Positions 1 through 9,520 of a stretch of DNA of 64,000 nucleotides are shown one piece after another. Within the stretch, counting starts at the first letter, position 1. Each line of letters starts with the position of its first letter. The DNA is taken from assembly GCA_963776345.1 (NCBI GenBank), contig CAVZMH010000012.1, positions 64,001 through 128,000 of the forward strand, read 5' to 3'. Position numbers and translations under genes: made by a program. The stretch comes from an uncultured delta proteobacterium (GTDB lineage Bacteria; Myxococcota; Myxococcia; Myxococcales; Myxococcaceae). The notes under the pieces are model-generated. The model searched no databases, was not told the origin of the DNA, and was given only the letters and a program-made list of their open reading frames with translations.

Positions 1-767
1 CAGACGTCCGAGCGCGCATCCGCCGGCTCCCCGCGCGCCTGCTCCGGGGGCATGTACGCCGGGGTCCCCAGCGTTCCGCCCGCCACTGTCAGACCCGCGG
101 AGTCGCCGGAGGTGCCAGACACCTCGTGACCGGACACGGCGTCGGCGGCACCAGGCCGTCGCTCGGCCGGGTCCGAGATCTCCTTCGCCAGCCCCCAGTC
201 GGCGACCAGCGTCTCGTCGAACTCGCCCAGCAGCACGTTGGACGGCTTGAGGTCCCGGTGGATGACGCCCGAGGCGTGCGCGTACGCCACCGCGTTGCAT
301 GCGGCGAGCACGCCGGGCAGGAGCGCGAGCCGCGCCTCGAGGCCGGTCGCCGCGGCGATGGCCCGGTCGAGCGGCAGCCCGGTGCTGCGCTTCATCGCCA
401 GGAAAGGCTCGCCGGTGCTCAGCCGCCCCATCTCGTGTAGGGGCACGATCGCCGGATGCTGCAGGCGCGCCGTGATGCGCCCCTCGCGGAGGAACCGCTC
501 GATGGCCACCGGCTCGGTGCGCTGGAGGATCTTCAGCGCCACCTCGCGCCCGAGCCGCCGGTCGCGCGCCAGGAACACGCGGCTGCTGCCGCCGGAGCCC
601 AGCTCGGGGCCGAGCTCGTAGGTGTCCTCGGGCACCAGCACCAGATCCGAGGCGTCGGCGGGGACCAGCACCTGCCCGGGCGCCTCGGTCACCGCGCTCA
701 CGGTGGGTGCCGCGACGGGCTCGACGCGATCCGCGCTCGGCGCTCGGGGTGTGCGCGCTTGGGGCAC
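1..767 (-). CDS. Eukaryote-like Ser/Thr protein kinase (3' end runs off the window)
   Basis: Manual minus-strand translation (absent from the ORF track): ELGSGGSSRVFLARDRRLGREVALKI, VIHRDLKPSNV, VADWG, GTLGTPAYMAPEQARGEPADARSDV. In-frame GTG at 767; upstream in-frame stop at 819-821. Confidence 0.9.
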   Translation of the reverse strand, partial: MPQARTPRAPSADRVEPVAAPTVSAVTEAPGQVLVPADASDLVLVPEDTYELGPELGSGGSSRVFLARDRRLGREVALKILQRTEPVAIERFLREGRITARLQHPAIVPLHEMGRLSTGEPFLAMKRSTGLPLDRAIAAATGLEARLALLPGVLAACNAVAYAHASGVIHRDLKPSNVLLGEFDETLVADWGLAKEISDPAERRPGAADAVSGHEVSGTSGDSAGLTVAGGTLGTPAYMPPEQARGEPADARSDV

Positions 768-806
768 CTGGGGCCTCGGGACGACCCCCGATGATACGCT
801 CGGCCG

Positions 807-2183
807 GTGGTGGGCAAGTCAAAGAGGGCCTCCGGGGGCCGCTCCACCGCCCCGGAGCTCGCCTCGCAGGAAGAGCGCCGCCCGTTCCGTGTGCAGCAAC
901 TGGTCCCGGTGTTCGGTCCGGACGGGCGCCATCCTCCACGGGTCACGCTCCGCCACACCGCGCTGGTGCTCGGACGCGAGCCCGAGGGGGACGGCGTCGC
1001 GCTCGACGACGCCGAGGCATCCCGTCGCCACGCGGTGGTGGAACCGTCCTCGGACGGCTGGACGGTCCGCGACCTCGGGAGCCACAATGGGACGTACGTC
1101 GACGGGCTGCGATGCGAGACCGGCGCGCTCCACCACGGCTCGGTGCTACGGCTCGGACGCTCCCTGGTGCTCTTCCTGGACCAGTGGGTCCTGCCCGGCG
1201 AGCTCCGCGTCCCTGAGACGTCGCTCAGGGGGATGAGCCTCCCGATGCAGCGGGTCCGCCGGGAGATCGCGCAGGTCGCGCCCACCACGGTCCCGGTCCT
1301 GGTGCTCGGCGAGACCGGGGTGGGGAAGGAGCTGGTCGCCCGGGAGATTCACCGGCTGAGCCAGCGCACCGGTGAGCTGGTGGCGGTGAACTGCGCGGCC
1401 ATTCCTGCCTCGCTCGCCGAGGCCGAGCTCTTCGGACATCTGAGCGGTGCGTTCACCGGGGCGACGCAGAGCCGCGACGGGCTGATGGCAGCGGCGAACC
1501 GGGGCACGCTCTTCCTCGACGAGATCGGCGAGCTCCCGCCCGAGGTGCAGCCCAAGCTGCTCCGGGCGCTGGCCGAGGGCGAGGTCCGTCCGGTCGGCGG
1601 GACCGCCGTGCGGCGCGTCGACGCGCGGATCGTCTCGGCGACGCGCCGGCCGCTGGTGGAGGACGCGCGGAGCGAGGCCTTCCGCGCCGACCTCTATGCC
1701 CGGCTCGCGGGCTGGCGCCTGGAGATCCCCCCGCTGCGGGAGAGGAGGGAGGACATCCTCCCGCTGGCGACGCACTTCCTCGCCGCCGCCGGCTCCCGCC
1801 TCGGGCTCTCCACGCACGCCGCGGAGGCGCTCTTGCTCCACGGCTACCCCTTCAACGTCCGCGAGCTGGAGCAGGCGATGGCCGCATCGGCGGTCCGGGC
1901 CCAGGGCGAGCCGATGCTGCGCCGGAGCCACCTCCCGGCGGAGATCGCCACCGTTCTCGCCCCGCGCCCGGCGGCCAGCGACCCGGAGCCGAAGCGCCCG
2001 ACCCCCCTCGTGCCCGAGGCGCTGGTGCCGGCCACCGAGACACCGGACCGCGCCGCCCTGGTGCAGATCCTCGAGCACTTCCAGGGGAACGTGGAGCGGA
2101 CGGCGAGCTACTTCGGGAAGAACCGCAAGCAGATCTACCGCTGGCTCGAGGCGGAGGGCCTCGACCCGACGGACTTCCGCTGA
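807..2183 (+). CDS. FHA-domain sigma54-dependent enhancer-binding protein (FHA-AAA+-HTH)
   Basis: FHA motifs LGR, SRRHA, DLGSHNGTYVDG; Walker A GETGVGKE; GAFTGA loop; LFLDEIGE; C-terminal Fis-type HTH. Start uncertain. Confidence 0.92.
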   Translation: MVGKSKRASGGRSTAPELASQEERRPFRVQQLVPVFGPDGRHPPRVTLRHTALVLGREPEGDGVALDDAEASRRHAVVEPSSDGWTVRDLGSHNGTYVDGLRCETGALHHGSVLRLGRSLVLFLDQWVLPGELRVPETSLRGMSLPMQRVRREIAQVAPTTVPVLVLGETGVGKELVAREIHRLSQRTGELVAVNCAAIPASLAEAELFGHLSGAFTGATQSRDGLMAAANRGTLFLDEIGELPPEVQPKLLRALAEGEVRPVGGTAVRRVDARIVSATRRPLVEDARSEAFRADLYARLAGWRLEIPPLRERREDILPLATHFLAAAGSRLGLSTHAAEALLLHGYPFNVRELEQAMAASAVRAQGEPMLRRSHLPAEIATVLAPRPAASDPEPKRPTPLVPEALVPATETPDRAALVQILEHFQGNVERTASYFGKNRKQIYRWLEAEGLDPTDFR

Positions 2184-2186
2184 GCC

Positions 2187-2984
2187 GTGCGCATCGTCGA
2201 CGCTCACACCCACCTGCTTCCGGACCGGCTGGGCCGCGCCATCCGCGCCTACTTCACCCAGGCGATCCCCCCCGAGTCGTTCCCCTACGCGCCCGAGCCG
2301 GTCTCCGCGCGGGCCGCGCTGGCCGAGGCCGGAGTCGCCCGCTGCTGGTCACTGGCCTACGTCCGCCGCCCGGGGTCCGCCCAGGCGCTGAACCGCTGGA
2401 TGGCCGAGACGTGGGGGACGGACCCCCTGGTCGAGCCCGCCGGCACGGTGCACCCCGGCGACGACGTGGCCGCGGTGGTGGACGAGGCGCTCGGGCTCGA
2501 CCTCCGACTGTTCAAGCTTCACTGCGCGGTGGGCGGCTTCTCGCTCGACGACGAGCGGCTCGCTCCGCTCTGGGCACGGGTGTCGGACCGCGGCCTCCCG
2601 GTGGTGGTGCACCTCGGCCACTCGCCGGCCGGGCCCACCGAGGCGGACGAGCTGGAGACCCTCGACCGGGTGGCGACCGCCTGGCCCGAGGCGCGCATCG
2701 TCCTCGCCCACCTCGCCGCGCCCTCCGTCCACGAGGCGCTCGCCGTGCTCCGTCGACACCGCTCGCTCCACGCCGATCTGACCCCGGTGGTGTTCCATCC
2801 GGTCCCGGTGGGCCCGGGCGACCTCGCCGGGGTGACGGATAAGATCCTCTTTGGCTCGGACCTCCCGAGCCTGGGGATTCCTTTCGCCGCGGTGGTGGCC
2901 CACGTGCGCGGGCTCGGGCTCGGGCCCGACGAGGAGCAAGCGGTCTTCTCGGGAAACGCGGACCGCCTGGTCCCTCCCAGGTGA
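2187..2984 (+). CDS. Amidohydrolase family protein (Amidohydro_2-like)
   Basis: DAHTH, KLH, VVHLGH, LAHL, FGSD metal-binding pattern. Confidence 0.85.
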   Translation: MRIVDAHTHLLPDRLGRAIRAYFTQAIPPESFPYAPEPVSARAALAEAGVARCWSLAYVRRPGSAQALNRWMAETWGTDPLVEPAGTVHPGDDVAAVVDEALGLDLRLFKLHCAVGGFSLDDERLAPLWARVSDRGLPVVVHLGHSPAGPTEADELETLDRVATAWPEARIVLAHLAAPSVHEALAVLRRHRSLHADLTPVVFHPVPVGPGDLAGVTDKILFGSDLPSLGIPFAAVVAHVRGLGLGPDEEQAVFSGNADRLVPPR

Positions 2985-3116
2985 GCGCACGGACGCGCGG
3001 TGTGACCCGTCCGCTCGATGAAGGACGTGCGCGCTGGGCTCCTCCCGGCGAGGCCAACCTCAACCCCGGCTTCAGGCGCCGATGACGGCAAACGAGGGAT
3101 CACCGCGACTTAGACA

Positions 3117-3145
3117 TTGAAGGTTGCGCCTCGGTTCCGTAAAAC
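3117..3145 (+). promoter_or_regulatory. Candidate sigma70-type promoter of the act-cox operon
   Basis: TTGAAG-N17-TAAAAC in a relatively AT-rich patch about 50 nt upstream of the actA ATG. Confidence 0.4.
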
Positions 3146-3193
3146 GCGCGCGCAAAGTCTGCGTCACCCCCCCCCCGATTGCCAGGCAACGAG

Positions 3194-3847
3194 ATGCCCC
3201 TCTTCCCACGCTGGACGAATACGGTCTCACGCCTCAGCGGCGTCATCCTGCTGGCGCTCCCCGCGGTCGCCATTGCCGGGCTGATGATCGTGGTCCGGTC
3301 GACCTGGGGGACCAAGCAGGACCGCGAGGTCGTCCAGCCCATCGAGTTCGACCACCGGCACCACGTGGGTGACGAGGGCATCGACTGCCGGTACTGCCAC
3401 TACACGGTGGAGAAGAGCCCGTACCCCGGCATGCCCTCGACCACCATCTGCATGAGCTGCCACGCGCAGGTGTGGAACAAGAGCCCGCTCCTGTCGCTGG
3501 TGCGGGAGCACTACTTCAAGGACCGGCCCATCCCCTGGAACTCGGTCCACAACCTCCCCGACTACGTCTACTTCAACCACGCGATCCACGTGAACAAGGG
3601 CGTGGGCTGCGTGACCTGCCACGGCCGGGTGGATCAGATGGCGCTGGTCAACCAGGCGGCGCCGCTCTCCATGGGCTGGTGCGTCGACTGCCACCGCAAC
3701 CCCGAGCCGCAGCTCCGTCCGGTGGAGTTCATCACCAGCATGACCTGGACACCGGATCCGTCGGTCGACCGGCAGCGCCTCGGGGCGCAGCTGGCCCAGC
3801 AGTACAACGTCCACACGCGGATCTCCTGCGACACATGCCACCGATGA
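3194..3847 (+). CDS. actA: Alternative complex III pentaheme cytochrome c subunit ActA
   Basis: N-terminal TM helix and five CxxCH motifs (CRYCH, CMSCH, CVTCH, CVDCH, CDTCH); first gene of the operon. Confidence 0.92.
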   Translation: MPLFPRWTNTVSRLSGVILLALPAVAIAGLMIVVRSTWGTKQDREVVQPIEFDHRHHVGDEGIDCRYCHYTVEKSPYPGMPSTTICMSCHAQVWNKSPLLSLVREHYFKDRPIPWNSVHNLPDYVYFNHAIHVNKGVGCVTCHGRVDQMALVNQAAPLSMGWCVDCHRNPEPQLRPVEFITSMTWTPDPSVDRQRLGAQLAQQYNVHTRISCDTCHR

Positions 3848-6800
3848 CCACTCCCCGGTTCCCGCTGCCCGTGCTCGGCACCAGCGTCCGGCCCGAGCCC
3901 ACGGCCGTCGAGCTCCCGGACGAGGCGAGCCTCGCCCCGGGACGCGAGCCCGGCTCCGAGCACGGCTATGGACGCACCTACTGGCGGAGCGTGGAGGAGG
4001 AGCTCCACGGCGAGGCCGCGCTGCCCCACCGCGACCAGGAGTTCCCGCCCGGCGCCTTCGACGCCCCGAAGGGCTTCGCCCGGCGCGACTTCCTCCAGCT
4101 GATGGGCGCCTCGGTGGCGCTGGCGGGGCTCACCGCCTGCACCGAGAAGCCGGTGGAGAAGATCCTCGCCTACACCAAGGCCCCGGACGGGATGGTCCCC
4201 GGCAACCCGCTGCACTACGCCACCGCGCTGATGCACGACGGGCTGGCGGCGGGCATCCTGGCCACGAGCTGGGAGGGCCGGCCGGTGAAGGTGGAGGGCA
4301 ACCCCACCCACCCGGTGTCCCGCGGCGCCACCGGTCCGCACGCCCAGGCCGAGCTGGCCACGCTCTACGATCCGTTCCGTGCCCGGGTGCTGAAGGAGCG
4401 CGGCGCCGGCCGGAGCTGGCGCGGGTTCCGCGAGGCGATGCGCCAGCGGTCGGCGGCCTGGGAGAAGGACGGCGGCGCGGGACTGCGGTTCCTCCTGGCC
4501 CCGAGCAGCTCGCTGCTCACGGCCTCGCTCCGGGACGCCGTCACCCAGCGCTTCCCCAAGGCGAGGTTCCACGCCTGGAGCGCCACCCCGCGGGACTCGG
4601 TCTACGAGGGGACGACGCTCGCCTTCGGCAAGGCGCTCGAGCCGCACCACGTCCTGGAGAAGGCCGACGTCATCCTCTCGCTGGACGCCGACTTCCTCGA
4701 GGCCCGGGCCGACACCGTCGACCAGAACCTCGGCTTCGCCAACCGCCGCGACCCCCAGCACCCGCAGGGCATGAACCGCCTCTACGTGGTCGAGCCCCGG
4801 TTCAGCATCACCGGCGGCATGGCCGACCACCGGCTGCGGCTCCGGAGCGCGGACATCGAGGGCTTCGCCCTCGCCCTGGCCGCCGAGCTGGGCAAGACGG
4901 TTCCCGCGCTCGCGGGCTACCGGAGCCCGGCCGGCATCAGCGGCGAGCGGGCGAAGTTCATCTCCGCCGTGGCGAAGGACCTGGCCGGGAGGCGCGGCAC
5001 CTCGCTGGTCATCGCCGGCGAGCGCCAGACCGCGGTCACCCATGCGGTCGCCCACGCCATCAACGCGGGCCTGGGGAACCTGGGCGCCACCGTCACCTTC
5101 ACCGAGCCGGCGGTGCTGGACACCGCCACCGGCCGCGCCGGCTGGCAGCCGCTGGTCGAGGAGCTCCGGGCGGGCAAGGTGGACACGCTGGTCATCACCG
5201 CCTGGAACCCGGTGTTCACCGCGCCGGGGGACGTGGACCTGGCGGGCTTCCTCAAGAAGGTCCCCAACGCCATCTACCTCGGCCTCCACGACGACGAGAC
5301 CTCCCGCGCCGTCAACTGGTTCCTCCCGGCCGCGCACCCCTTCGAGAGCTGGGGCGACGCGCGGAGCCGCGAGGGGACGCTGTCCATCGTCCAGCCGCTC
5401 ATCCAGCCGCTGTTCGGGGGAGTCTCCGAGGCCGAGCTGCTCGGCGCGTTCCTCACCGACGAGACCAAGCCGTACGACCGGCTCAAGGCGCTGCACGCCT
5501 CGCGGGCCAAGGGCGACTTCGACAGCGAGTGGGAGACCTGGCTGGCCAGCGGCGTGGTGCCCGGCACCGCCAGCGCCGCGGTCACGCCCACCCTCCAGGC
5601 CGACAAGGTGCGCGCGGCCATCGCGCAGTTCCGTCCGGCTCCGGGCGGCCTCGCGCTGGAGCTGGTGCACGACTACAAGATCCTCGACGGCCGCTATGCC
5701 CTGAACAGCTGGCTCCAGGAGCTGCCGGACCCGATCACCAAGATGACCTGGGACAACGTCGCCCAGGTCGGGCCGGGGCTGGCGAAGGCGATGGGCATCG
5801 AGAACGGAGATCTCTTGCTGCTCACCCTCTCCGGCCGCTCGGTGCAGGTGCCGGCGTGGGTGCAGCCCGGCCACTCCGACGAGGCGGTCACCGTCTCCAT
5901 CGGCTACGGCCGGAAGCAGCAGACCCTCGGGGTGAAGGACGCCGACGAGCCGGTGGTGGTGGGCCACGACGTCTACCCGCTGCGGAGCGCGGCCCGCCCC
6001 TGGTTCGCCACCGGTCTGGAGGTGAAGAAGGTCGGCCGGAGCTACCCGCTGAGCCACACCCAGGTGCACAACAGCACCGAGGGCCGGCCCATCGCGCTGA
6101 TGCAGAGCATCGAGGAGTTCGAGAAGCACCCCGAGGCCCCCGAGCTCCGGCCCCCGGTGAAGCTCGCCGGCGGGAAGGAGCTGGAGGGAAGCACCCTCGC
6201 CTCGGTGCAGGTGGCGGTCGACTACTCCAAGCAGCAGTACAAGTGGGCCATGGCGGTGGACATGAGCCGCTGCACCGGGTGCAGCGCCTGCGTCGTCGCC
6301 TGCCAGGCCGAGAACAACATCCCAGTCGTGGGCAAGGTCCAGGTCGGCCGGGGCCGCGAGATGCACTGGATCCGCATGGACCGGTACTACTCGGGGCCGG
6401 CGGAGTCACCGGAGATGGTGAGCCAGCCCATGTTCTGCCAGCACTGCGAGACCGCGCCCTGCGAGTACGTGTGCCCGGTGAACGCCACCGTCCACTCGGA
6501 CGAGGGTCTGAACGACATGGTCTACAACCGGTGCATCGGCACCCGGTACTGCTCGAACAACTGCCCCTACAAGGTCCGGCACTTCAACTATCTGCACTGG
6601 ACGCAGGACAAGAGCCAGGTGGAGAAGATGCTGATGAACCCGGACGTCACGGTCCGGGCCCGCGGGGTGATGGAGAAGTGCACCTACTGCGTGCAGCGGA
6701 TCGAGCGGACCCGCATCGCCTCCCGGATCGAGAACCGGGCCATCGGTGACGGCGAGCTGAGGACCGCCTGTCAGCAAGTGTGCCCGACCAACGCGCTGAC

Positions 6801-6945
6801 CTTCGGCTCGCTGCACGATCCGAAGAGCAAGGTCAGCCAGCGCCACGCCGACCCGCGCCGCTTCGACGTGCTCCACGAGCTGAATACCCGGCCTCGAACC
6901 GTGTACCTGACCAAGATCAAGAACCCCAACCCGGAGCTGGGCTGA
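3844..6945 (+). CDS. actB: Alternative complex III subunit ActB (molybdopterin-oxidoreductase-like domain fused to Fe-S domain)
   Basis: ATG overlaps the actA stop; YWRS...FARRDFLQLMGASVALAGLTAC extended Tat/lipoprotein signal; C-terminal CTGCSACVVAC, CQHCETAPC, CIGTRYCSNNCPY, KCTYC...CQQVCP. Confidence 0.93.
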   Translation: MTTPRFPLPVLGTSVRPEPTAVELPDEASLAPGREPGSEHGYGRTYWRSVEEELHGEAALPHRDQEFPPGAFDAPKGFARRDFLQLMGASVALAGLTACTEKPVEKILAYTKAPDGMVPGNPLHYATALMHDGLAAGILATSWEGRPVKVEGNPTHPVSRGATGPHAQAELATLYDPFRARVLKERGAGRSWRGFREAMRQRSAAWEKDGGAGLRFLLAPSSSLLTASLRDAVTQRFPKARFHAWSATPRDSVYEGTTLAFGKALEPHHVLEKADVILSLDADFLEARADTVDQNLGFANRRDPQHPQGMNRLYVVEPRFSITGGMADHRLRLRSADIEGFALALAAELGKTVPALAGYRSPAGISGERAKFISAVAKDLAGRRGTSLVIAGERQTAVTHAVAHAINAGLGNLGATVTFTEPAVLDTATGRAGWQPLVEELRAGKVDTLVITAWNPVFTAPGDVDLAGFLKKVPNAIYLGLHDDETSRAVNWFLPAAHPFESWGDARSREGTLSIVQPLIQPLFGGVSEAELLGAFLTDETKPYDRLKALHASRAKGDFDSEWETWLASGVVPGTASAAVTPTLQADKVRAAIAQFRPAPGGLALELVHDYKILDGRYALNSWLQELPDPITKMTWDNVAQVGPGLAKAMGIENGDLLLLTLSGRSVQVPAWVQPGHSDEAVTVSIGYGRKQQTLGVKDADEPVVVGHDVYPLRSAARPWFATGLEVKKVGRSYPLSHTQVHNSTEGRPIALMQSIEEFEKHPEAPELRPPVKLAGGKELEGSTLASVQVAVDYSKQQYKWAMAVDMSRCTGCSACVVACQAENNIPVVGKVQVGRGREMHWIRMDRYYSGPAESPEMVSQPMFCQHCETAPCEYVCPVNATVHSDEGLNDMVYNRCIGTRYCSNNCPYKVRHFNYLHWTQDKSQVEKMLMNPDVTVRARGVMEKCTYCVQRIERTRIASRIENRAIGDGELRTACQQVCPTNALTFGSLHDPKSKVSQRHADPRRFDVLHELNTRPRTVYLTKIKNPNPELG

Positions 6946-8354
6946 TGGCCGCCGAACACGCCGCCGCGGCCGACGCCGCCGACTCGCTCGACACCGCGCC
7001 CCTGCTGCTGGGGAAGCAGGACAACACCACCCTCACCGGCAACCTCCTGGCGCACGTCTGGGCACGCCCGGACAAGGGCTGGCTGCTCGCCTTCCTCATC
7101 GCGCTCTCCGGGAGCGGGGCGCTGGCGCTGGCGATCACCGTCACCCTGGTGGAGGGCATCGGCGCCTGGGGGAACAACATCCCCGTCGGCTGGGCCTTCG
7201 ACATCACCAACTTCGTCTGGTGGATCGGCATCGGCCACGCCGGGACGCTGATCAGCGCGATCCTCTTCCTCTTCCAGCAGAGGTGGCGGACGGCCATCAA
7301 CCGCTTCAGCGAGGCGATGACCATCTTCGCCGTGATGTGCGCGGGCCTCTTCCCTTTATTGCATACGGGCCGGCCCTGGTTCGCCTACTTCATGTTCCCG
7401 TACCCGAGCACGCTGCAGATGTGGCCGCAGTTCAAGAGCCCGCTCATCTGGGACGTGTTCGCGGTGTCGACCTACTTCACCGTGTCGCTGCTCTTCTGGT
7501 ACCTGGGGCTCATCCCGGACCTGGCCTCGCTGCGCGACGCGAGCAAGAGCACCCTCCAGCGGAAGGTCTACGGCCTCTTCGCCCTCGGCTGGCGGGGCTC
7601 GGGACGCCACTGGCACAACTACAAGGTCGGGTATCTCCTGCTGGCCGGGCTCTCCACCCCGCTGGTGGTGAGCGTGCACACCATCGTGTCCTTCGACTTC
7701 GCGGTGTCGCTCATCCCGGGCTGGCACACCACCATCTTCCCGCCCTACTTCGTGGCCGGCGCGGTGTTCTCCGGCTTCGCCATGGTGATGTCCTGGATGG
7801 TGCCGGCCCGGCACTTCCTGGGCCTGAAGCACGTCATCACCATGAGGCACCTGGAAAACATGAACAAGATCATCCTCGCGACGGGGATGCTCGTGTCCTA
7901 CGGGTACCTGATGGAGCACTTCATCGCCTGGTACTCGGGGAACCAGTTCGAGTGGTTCGTGTTCTTCAACCGCGCCACCGGCCCGTACCGCGGCGTGTAT
8001 TACTTGATGCTGTTCTGCAACGTGCTCACCCCGCAGATCTTCTGGTTCAAGTGGGCCCGCACGTCGATCCCGGTGATGTTCATCGCCAGCATCCTGGTGA
8101 ACGTCGGGATGTGGTGCGAGCGGTTCGTGATCATCGTCACCTCGCTCCACCGCGACTTCCTGCCCGCCTCCTGGGACATGTACTACCCGACCTGGGTGGA
8201 CATCACCCTCCTCCTGGGGACCATCGGCTTCTTCAGCACGCTGTTCCTCCTCTTCCTCAAGTTCATCCCTGCCGTCGCGGTGAGCGAGGTGAAGGAGCTC
8301 AACGAGGAGCTCCAGCACCGCCCCGCGCCGATCACGGTGGTCACCGGAGCCTGA
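6945..8354 (+). CDS. actC: Alternative complex III subunit ActC (NrfD/PsrC family quinol-binding membrane subunit)
   Basis: WAFDITNFVWWIGIGHAGTLISA, HTGRPW, SPLIWD; polytopic; ATG overlaps the actB stop. Confidence 0.93.
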   Translation: MAAEHAAAADAADSLDTAPLLLGKQDNTTLTGNLLAHVWARPDKGWLLAFLIALSGSGALALAITVTLVEGIGAWGNNIPVGWAFDITNFVWWIGIGHAGTLISAILFLFQQRWRTAINRFSEAMTIFAVMCAGLFPLLHTGRPWFAYFMFPYPSTLQMWPQFKSPLIWDVFAVSTYFTVSLLFWYLGLIPDLASLRDASKSTLQRKVYGLFALGWRGSGRHWHNYKVGYLLLAGLSTPLVVSVHTIVSFDFAVSLIPGWHTTIFPPYFVAGAVFSGFAMVMSWMVPARHFLGLKHVITMRHLENMNKIILATGMLVSYGYLMEHFIAWYSGNQFEWFVFFNRATGPYRGVYYLMLFCNVLTPQIFWFKWARTSIPVMFIASILVNVGMWCERFVIIVTSLHRDFLPASWDMYYPTWVDITLLLGTIGFFSTLFLLFLKFIPAVAVSEVKELNEELQHRPAPITVVTGA

Positions 8355-8357
8355 TCG

Positions 8358-8921
8358 ATGGAACACGCCGCGGAACACGCTGCACCGGTCGGCAAGACCT
8401 TCGTCCTCGGACGCTTCCCCACCGGCGAGGCGCTGGTGGACGCCTGCTACAAGGTCCGGGAGAAGGGCTTCGACGGGATCGACACCCACTCGCCGTACCC
8501 GCTGCACGGCGGTGACGAGGCGCTGGGGCTCGGCCAGAGCCGGGTTCCCCGCATCGCGCTCACCGGCGGGCTCACCGGGATGTTCGGCGGGTATCTGATG
8601 ATGGTCTACATGAACAGCATCAACTGGCCGCTCAACGTGGCCGGCCGCCCGGCGCACGCTCCACCCTCGTTCATCCCCATCACCTTCGAGACCACGGTGC
8701 TGCTCGCCTCGCTGAGCATCTTCTTCGGGCTGCTGGCCTTGATGCGGCTGCCCCAGCCGTACCACGCGGTCTTCGAGCACGAGGAGTTCCGCAGCGCGGT
8801 GAACGACGGCTTCTGGCTCAGCGTGGCGTTGCCCCCGGGCAGCGACGGCAAGGACGCCAGCGCGCTCCTCCAGCAGCTGGGGGCCAAGGAGATCAGCACC
8901 GTGCAGGAGTCGATGGAATGA
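8358..8921 (+). CDS. actD: Alternative complex III subunit ActD (DUF3341-like)
   Basis: DTHSPYPLHG, WPLNVAGRP, FIPITFE, two TM helices; operon position. Confidence 0.88.
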   Translation: MEHAAEHAAPVGKTFVLGRFPTGEALVDACYKVREKGFDGIDTHSPYPLHGGDEALGLGQSRVPRIALTGGLTGMFGGYLMMVYMNSINWPLNVAGRPAHAPPSFIPITFETTVLLASLSIFFGLLALMRLPQPYHAVFEHEEFRSAVNDGFWLSVALPPGSDGKDASALLQQLGAKEISTVQESME

Positions 8922-9520
8922 GACCGGTCCTCTTCCTCCTCGGTCTGGGCGTGCTCTCCGGCTGCAGCTGTGCCGGGACGCGGGCCAGCGACGTGCTCCA
9001 GCGCATGGAGAGCCAGGACAAGATCCTGCCCTACAGCGCCAACGAGCTCTTCGCCGACGGGCGCGGGATGCGCACCCCGCCCGAGGGCACCATCTCCCGC
9101 GAGGCGGTGGTGGGCGCCCCGGGCATCAGCACCGGCATGGTGAACGGCCAGCTGGTCACGCAGATCCCCATCCCGGTCACCGCCGAGCTCCTGGCCCGCG
9201 GCCGCCACCGCTACGAGATCGTCTGCTCCAACTGCCACGGCCTGGTGGGCAACGGGGACAGCATGGTGGCGGACAACATGGCCACCCGGCTCCCACCCTC
9301 GCTGGTGGCGCTCGCTTTCCGCCCGGCGGGCTTCTTCTACCAGGCCATCACCCAGGGCTACGGGCTGATGCCCTCGTTCTCTGGGGAGATTCCCACCGAC
9401 GAGCGCTGGGCGGTGGTGGCCTACGTGCAGGCGCTGCAGCTCAGCCAGAACGCGCCGGTCAACACGCTGCCCGCAGACGTGCAGCGCCGGCTCCGGGAGG
9501 GGCAGACATGGTCGAGGTAG
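8918..9520 (+). CDS. actE: Alternative complex III monoheme cytochrome c lipoprotein ActE
   Basis: Lipobox LSGC, single CSNCH, distal GLMP, ERWAVVAYVQALQ. Confidence 0.88.
   Translation: MRPVLFLLGLGVLSGCSCAGTRASDVLQRMESQDKILPYSANELFADGRGMRTPPEGTISREAVVGAPGISTGMVNGQLVTQIPIPVTAELLARGRHRYEIVCSNCHGLVGNGDSMVADNMATRLPPSLVALAFRPAGFFYQAITQGYGLMPSFSGEIPTDERWAVVAYVQALQLSQNAPVNTLPADVQRRLREGQTWSR

Noticed and set aside
3844..4140. Unusually long N-terminus before the ActB twin-arginine motif
   Set aside because: The extended YWRS...RR leader is a known feature of ActB-type proteins.
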